From Candidatus Caldarchaeales archaeon (GTDB taxonomy: Archaea > Thermoproteota > Nitrososphaeria_A > Caldarchaeales > Calditenuaceae), in NCBI GenBank assembly GCA_039630085.1, contig JBCNVM010000002.1, positions 10,105 through 74,104 on the forward strand: a stretch of 64,000 nt of DNA. Direction: 5' to 3'. The position numbers and the translations under genes were made by a program. Numbering within the stretch: the stretch's first letter is position 1; the number at the start of each line of letters is the position of its first letter. The notes under the pieces are model-generated. The model saw only the letters and a list, made by a program, of their open reading frames with translations. It was not told where the DNA came from and ran no database searches. Below are positions 59,774-64,000 of the stretch, in pieces.

Positions 59774-60827
59774 GACCTCTGAGCCCCTCCAGGAACGACA
59801 GGGGATCGATGACGGCCTCCGGCGGAAGCACGCCCCTCTCCGACACCTCGCCCTTCAGGATCAGGCGGGCGCCGAGAGCGGCTGGCGCGGCCGTCAACTT
59901 CCTCATCCTGTTCACCGAGCAGTAGCTAACTCGCCTCTCGCCCCTCACGGCCTCTACCCTCACGCCGCTGAGCGCAGGTCCTCCGACCCTGAAGACGCCC
60001 TCGACCCTGTGGACCGCCCTCGAGAGCCGCTCGAGCCTCTCCTCGGTCGAGGTCAGCCCCATTCCGACCAGCGCCCTGAGCAGGCCGTTCTGCCACGCGG
60101 GGACGAGGCCTCCTCTCACGGTCACGTTCCTGGAGACCTTGAGGTGCTTGGATATTGTGAGCGGCTCCGGGTGGCCCACGTAGTACAGCTTCAGCTTCCC
60201 CACGCCGGGGAACTCGAAGACGGCCGGCGACGTGCCCGCCTTCACCTTGGTCAGCCTGCCCTCGAGGTACATCGGGACCTCGCCCGTGACGGCGTGGAAC
60301 AGGTGCATGACGACCGCAAGCCCCTTCGAGTCCGCGGCCGACCCGAACCAACTGATGCTCACCTCGTCGACCTCTCCTCCCAGCTCCTCGCAGCACTTCT
60401 TCGCTAGGATGTTAGAGAGTCCGGGCGTCCATCCGAGCCCCGTGACGAAGGTGACTTCCTTCTCGACGGCCCGTCGATGCAGTTCGAGGATCCTCTCGGC
60501 GGCGTCGTGGTCGTCGCAGACGTCGACCGCGTCGATCCCCAGCTCGATCAGGGCCGAGGCAACGACGTGACCGTGCCTGTAGAACGGCCCCACGGCGTTA
60601 ACGACGACATCGTACCTCCTCGCTGCGGCCATGTCTTCCTTCGAGGTGACATCGACCTTAACGACCCCGACATCTCCAAAGTGTTTCAGGGAGCGAGCGA
60701 CCCCAAGCGCCCTCTGGACGTTCAGGTCGCCGATGTCGACCTCTGCGCCCAGCTTGACCAGCTCCTCGACTATCGCGCTCCCTATGTCACCGGCTCCGCC
60801 TAGCACCAGGACGCGCCCGGCCCTCAT
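59748..60827 (-). CDS. saccharopine dehydrogenase-like NAD(P)-binding oxidoreductase
   Basis: VLVLGGAGDIGSAIV Rossmann start, 359 aa, two-domain Sacchrp_dh layout. Confidence 0.7.
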   Translation of the reverse strand: MRAGRVLVLGGAGDIGSAIVEELVKLGAEVDIGDLNVQRALGVARSLKHFGDVGVVKVDVTSKEDMAAARRYDVVVNAVGPFYRHGHVVASALIELGIDAVDVCDDHDAAERILELHRRAVEKEVTFVTGLGWTPGLSNILAKKCCEELGGEVDEVSISWFGSAADSKGLAVVMHLFHAVTGEVPMYLEGRLTKVKAGTSPAVFEFPGVGKLKLYYVGHPEPLTISKHLKVSRNVTVRGGLVPAWQNGLLRALVGMGLTSTEERLERLSRAVHRVEGVFRVGGPALSGVRVEAVRGERRVSYCSVNRMRKLTAAPAALGARLILKGEVSERGVLPPEAVIDPLSFLEGLRGLGVGVEGQ

Positions 60828-61921
60828 AGCGAAACACTGCTGAGGGCCTTCGGGAGCCTGGTCGTGTTCTCGTAACCTGAGGATCCCAGAACTACGTCGT
60901 CCTCCAGCCTCACCCCGAACTTCCCTGGCAAGTATATTCCGGGCTCGATCGTGAATATCATGCCAGGCTCCAGCGGAGACCTGTTGCCCTCGACTATGTC
61001 CGGTGCCTCGTGGACCTCTACACCTAGCCCGTGGCCGGTGCGGTGTATGAAGAACGACGCGAAGCCCTCCCGTGCTATGACCGATCTCGCTGCTCTGTCG
61101 ACCTCCTCAGCCGGAATTCCCGTTGCCACGGCGTCCAGGGCCCGCTGTTGTGACTCCAGCACGACGTTGAAGACGCGCTCCTGCTCCGGGCCGGGGTTTC
61201 CGACCACAAGGGTTCTCGTGAAGTCCGCGTAGTAACCCCTGTAGCAGACCGAGGCGTCGAAGACTACCACGTCGCCCTCGCGGATCGTCCTCGACGTGGG
61301 CTCGAGGTGAGGGTTCGCGCTGTTCGGTCCGGACTGGATCAGGCAGTAAGCGCTCTCGGCGCCGAGGTCGTGGCAGAGCCGGTGGAACTTGCTCATCGCA
61401 TCCCTCTCGGTCGTCCCGTGCTTGAGCTCCGCCATCGTCTGAAGCATCGCCTCCTCTAAGACGCGAGCGGCCATCGCGTGCCTGACCACCTCGTCGGGGT
61501 CCTTCCGAACCCTCATGCCGACGACGACGCGGTCGACCTCCTCGAACCTCAGCCCCGGAGCCCTCTGCGCGAGGGCCCTGTAGAGCCCCACCGGGAGCCT
61601 CCTCTCTACGCCGACGACCCCTGAGAGGCCTGAGAACAGTCTCTCCACCAGACCCCAGGGGCCGGTCTCGTCGCCGTAGGAGAGGACCTCGCAGTAGCGC
61701 CCTATCGCCTCCTCGACCCTGTCCCTGTCGAGCTTAGGAACGACCATCGCCGGCTCCCGGTCGAACCCGATCAAGAGGAACGCGGGCCTCTCGAAGACCT
61801 CCAGCGTGAAGTCGATGAGATACCTCATGTTGGGGCCGGGCACGATTACCGCGCCTTCGAACCCGGAAGCCCTGCAGAGCTCGAGGAACCTCTTCAGCCT
61901 GGACTCGACGCGAACCGGCAT
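60824..61921 (-). CDS. M24B Xaa-Pro aminopeptidase / prolidase
   Basis: Pita-bread metal ligands in DASVCYRGYYADFTRT, HRTGHGLGVEVHE, TIEPGIY and VRLED. Confidence 0.85.
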   Translation of the reverse strand: MPVRVESRLKRFLELCRASGFEGAVIVPGPNMRYLIDFTLEVFERPAFLLIGFDREPAMVVPKLDRDRVEEAIGRYCEVLSYGDETGPWGLVERLFSGLSGVVGVERRLPVGLYRALAQRAPGLRFEEVDRVVVGMRVRKDPDEVVRHAMAARVLEEAMLQTMAELKHGTTERDAMSKFHRLCHDLGAESAYCLIQSGPNSANPHLEPTSRTIREGDVVVFDASVCYRGYYADFTRTLVVGNPGPEQERVFNVVLESQQRALDAVATGIPAEEVDRAARSVIAREGFASFFIHRTGHGLGVEVHEAPDIVEGNRSPLEPGMIFTIEPGIYLPGKFGVRLEDDVVLGSSGYENTTRLPKALSSVSL

Positions 61922-62059
61922 ACCGGACGGCCGCGGGGGCTGGACTTAAGTCGAGAGGTCTCAACGTCGATCGGAGCGCGTCGTGGCGCTCTTCCGGCCT
62001 CAGCGGACGCGGGAAGAAGCCGGAAAGTCAAAATACGGAACGGCATCGCTCAACGGAGG

Positions 62060-63028
62060 ATGGACGCGGAGCCGCTCCTCGCGGTGCGGGGCCTGAAGAC
62101 CTACTTCTACACCTCGATGGGCGTCGTGAGGGCCGTCGACGGCGTCAGCCTGAGGGTGAGGAGAGGGTCCGCCGTCGGGATCATCGGGGAGTCAGGCTCG
62201 GGGAAGACGATGACCGGGCTCTCAATTCTCAGGCTCGTGCCCTTCCCCGGCCGCATAGTCGCGGGCGAGGTCCTCCTCGACGGGGTGGACCTGCTCAAGC
62301 TCAGCGAGGATGAGATGAGGAGGATAAGGGGGAAGAGGATCTCGATCGTATTCCAGGACGCGCTCACCAGCCTGAACCCGGTGCTGACGGTCGGCGAGCA
62401 GCTGGCCGAGCCCCTGATGACCCACCTAGGCCTCAGCAAGAAGGAGGCCTACGATCGGGCCGCGGAGATACTCCAGAGGGTCGGCATACCCGATGCGAGC
62501 AGGAGGCTCACCAACTACCCTCACCAGTTCAGCGGCGGCATGAGGCAGCGCGTCCTGATAGGCATGGCGATCTCCTGCAACCCGGAGCTCCTGATCGCGG
62601 ACGAGCCCACGACGGCCCTCGACGTGACGACCCAGAAGCAGATCATGGACCTCTTCAGGGAGCTGATGGCTAGGATGAACATGACGCTCCTGCTGATCAC
62701 CCACGACATAGGGGTGGCCGCCGAGATGTGCGATTACGTCTACGTGATGTACGCCGGCCAGATCGTCGAGGGCGGACCGACGGAGCGGATCATCTCGGAC
62801 CCGAAGCACCCGTACACGAGAGGGCTGATAGAGTCGATACCGAGGGGCTTCAAGACTGAGACGCGGGTCAAGCCGATCGGGGGGACCGTGCCCTCGCTCC
62901 TCGACCTCCCTCCGGGGTGCAGGTTCCATCCCCGATGTCCTCTGGCGACGGAGAGGTGCGTGAGAGAGGAGCCCAATCTCATCGAGCTCGGTGACGGGAG
63001 GAGCGTGAGGTGTCTCCTGTATGATTGA
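62060..63028 (+). CDS. oppD: oligopeptide/dipeptide ABC transporter ATP-binding protein (OppD/DppD type)
   Basis: Walker A GESGSGKT, signature FSGGMRQR, Walker B LLIADEPTTALD, C-terminal HPYT...CRFHPRCP oligopeptide_C motif; GGAGG 5 nt upstream of the ATG. Confidence 0.9.
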   Translation: MDAEPLLAVRGLKTYFYTSMGVVRAVDGVSLRVRRGSAVGIIGESGSGKTMTGLSILRLVPFPGRIVAGEVLLDGVDLLKLSEDEMRRIRGKRISIVFQDALTSLNPVLTVGEQLAEPLMTHLGLSKKEAYDRAAEILQRVGIPDASRRLTNYPHQFSGGMRQRVLIGMAISCNPELLIADEPTTALDVTTQKQIMDLFRELMARMNMTLLLITHDIGVAAEMCDYVYVMYAGQIVEGGPTERIISDPKHPYTRGLIESIPRGFKTETRVKPIGGTVPSLLDLPPGCRFHPRCPLATERCVREEPNLIELGDGRSVRCLLYD

Positions 63029-63986
63029 AGGCGAGTTCCTGATCAGATTGGAGGACGTGAGGAAGTACTTCCCCGTCTACAGGGGGATCCTCAGGCGGAA
63101 GGTCGGCGAGGTGAAGGCCGTCGATGGAGTCTCGCTGGGGGTGAGGGCAGGTGAGGTCTTCTGCGTCGTCGGGGAGTCGGGGAGCGGGAAGACGACCCTA
63201 GGGAGGATCGCCTGCGGTCTCATCGAGCCGGACGGCGGTGCGGTCTACCTCTGGGACACTCCACTGAGCGAGCTGAACGGCCGGAACGCGGCTCACGTCA
63301 GGAGGCGGCTCCAGATCGTCTTCCAAGATCCCGACTCGTCCCTGAATCCTAGGATGACCGTCGAGGCGACCCTCCGGGAGGCCCTAAGGGCCGCGGGGAA
63401 GGCCGGCACCCGCGCCGAGGCCCTCGAGCTCCTCCACATGGTGGGCATGAGGGCTGAGCACCTCGTCCGGTACCCGCACGAGCTCAGCGGCGGCCAGAAG
63501 CAGAGGGTCTGCATCGCCAGGGCTCTGGCGGTCGATCCGGTCTTCATGGTGGCCGACGAGCCCGTCTCCTCGCTCGACGTCTCGATCAGGACTTCTATCC
63601 TGAACCTGATGCTGGACCTCCAGAGGAGGCTGAACCTCACGTACCTCTTCATCTCGCACGACATGGCCGTGACGAAGTACGTCGCGGACAGCGTCGCGGT
63701 GATGTACTTGGGGAAGATCTGCGAGATGGCTCCGGCGGGCGCGTTCTTCGGCAACCCGCTCCACCCGTACTCGAGGGCGCTGCTCTCTTCTGTCCCGCAG
63801 TTCTATGACCTCTGGTCCGGAGAGCCGGTGAAGCTCGTGGGAGATCCTCCGTCCGCAATGAACCCGCCGCAGGGTTGCAGGTTCCACACGCGCTGCCCAT
63901 ACGCTTTCGAGAGGTGTAGGGTCGAGGAGCCGAAGTTGATCGAGGCCGCTCCCAACCACTTCGTCGCGTGTCACCTCTACGGCTAG
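63021..63986 (+). CDS. oppF: oligopeptide/dipeptide ABC transporter ATP-binding protein (OppF/DppF type)
   Basis: GESGSGKTT, LSGGQKQR, FMVADEPVSSLD and HPYS...CRFHTRCP; 8-nt overlap with oppD. Confidence 0.9.
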   Translation: MIEGEFLIRLEDVRKYFPVYRGILRRKVGEVKAVDGVSLGVRAGEVFCVVGESGSGKTTLGRIACGLIEPDGGAVYLWDTPLSELNGRNAAHVRRRLQIVFQDPDSSLNPRMTVEATLREALRAAGKAGTRAEALELLHMVGMRAEHLVRYPHELSGGQKQRVCIARALAVDPVFMVADEPVSSLDVSIRTSILNLMLDLQRRLNLTYLFISHDMAVTKYVADSVAVMYLGKICEMAPAGAFFGNPLHPYSRALLSSVPQFYDLWSGEPVKLVGDPPSAMNPPQGCRFHTRCPYAFERCRVEEPKLIEAAPNHFVACHLYG

Positions 63987-64000
63987 AGGAGCCTCATCCT

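Noticed and set aside
1-64000. Dozens of long ORFs in the six-frame track that overlap recognisable genes in other frames or on the opposite strand. Examples: 2830..3921, 6768..7994, 8915..9961, 15022..16257, 15207..16355, 19615..21513, 21761..22921, 24339..25265, 25959..26996, 35172..36209, 37974..39107, 48079..49113, 49162..50262, 58463..59743.
   Set aside because: Their products are Arg/Pro/Gly/Asp/Glu-rich low-complexity strings with no motifs. Each is fully overlapped by an ORF with clear family signatures. High G+C with strong third-position bias suppresses stop codons in all frames, so these are shadow ORFs.
1-64000. Search for CRISPR arrays, rRNA genes, transposases, integrases, long terminal or inverted repeats.
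   Set aside because: I found no regularly spaced direct repeats, no rRNA-like conserved stretches and no DDE, tyrosine or serine recombinase motifs in any frame that I read.

Overview
This is a high-GC (by eye about 60-65 % G+C), very gene-dense chromosomal segment of an archaeon, most likely an aerobic thermophilic member of the TACK/Thermoproteota lineage. I cannot name the organism.

Evidence for that placement:
- Archaea-specific housekeeping genes: GatD/GatE, RNase P proteins Pop5 and Rpp30 with a UPF0201 protein, eS30, eL43 (L37Ae), uS15, KEOPS Pcc1, a GPN-loop GTPase, DTD2, archaeal PPAT and a Clp1-like kinase.
- Ether-lipid genes: CDP-archaeol synthase, GGPP synthase, an MDD-family decarboxylase and a radical-SAM enzyme of the tetraether-synthase type.
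- The bifunctional FBP aldolase/phosphatase.
- Respiratory parts: cytochrome b plus Rieske protein, a compact heme A synthase and a sulfocyanin-like cupredoxin.

I call about 75 protein genes, one intron-containing tRNA(CAU) and one candidate C/D-box sRNA. Two small ORFs fall below the track cutoff: ribosomal protein eS30 and a 41-aa zinc ribbon.

Genes often overlap by 4-30 nt. Most start codons lie 25-33 nt downstream of an A/T-rich TATA-like box, implying leaderless mRNAs, and I used this to revise several starts. Because of the GC bias the six-frame track is full of long Arg/Pro/Gly-rich shadow ORFs, which I ignored. I saw no rRNA, CRISPR array, transposase or integrase.

Most interesting observations:
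1. A compositionally atypical five-gene overlapping operon at 51.1-57.9 kb. A glycerol kinase/G3P-dehydrogenase core is bracketed by an ADPS-like flavoenzyme and a PigN-like membrane phosphotransferase, and the block lies convergent to the tetraether-synthase candidate.
2. A cupredoxin neighbourhood at 43.6-45.4 kb with Met/Trp-rich membrane proteins, a C2H2-finger membrane protein and a shared 13-bp upstream element.
3. A well-formed C/D-box sRNA candidate with its own TATA box at 46.0 kb.
4. A gatD-gatE junction where conserved GatE residues precede any canonical start codon.

All family assignments come from motif recognition by eye, not from database searches.
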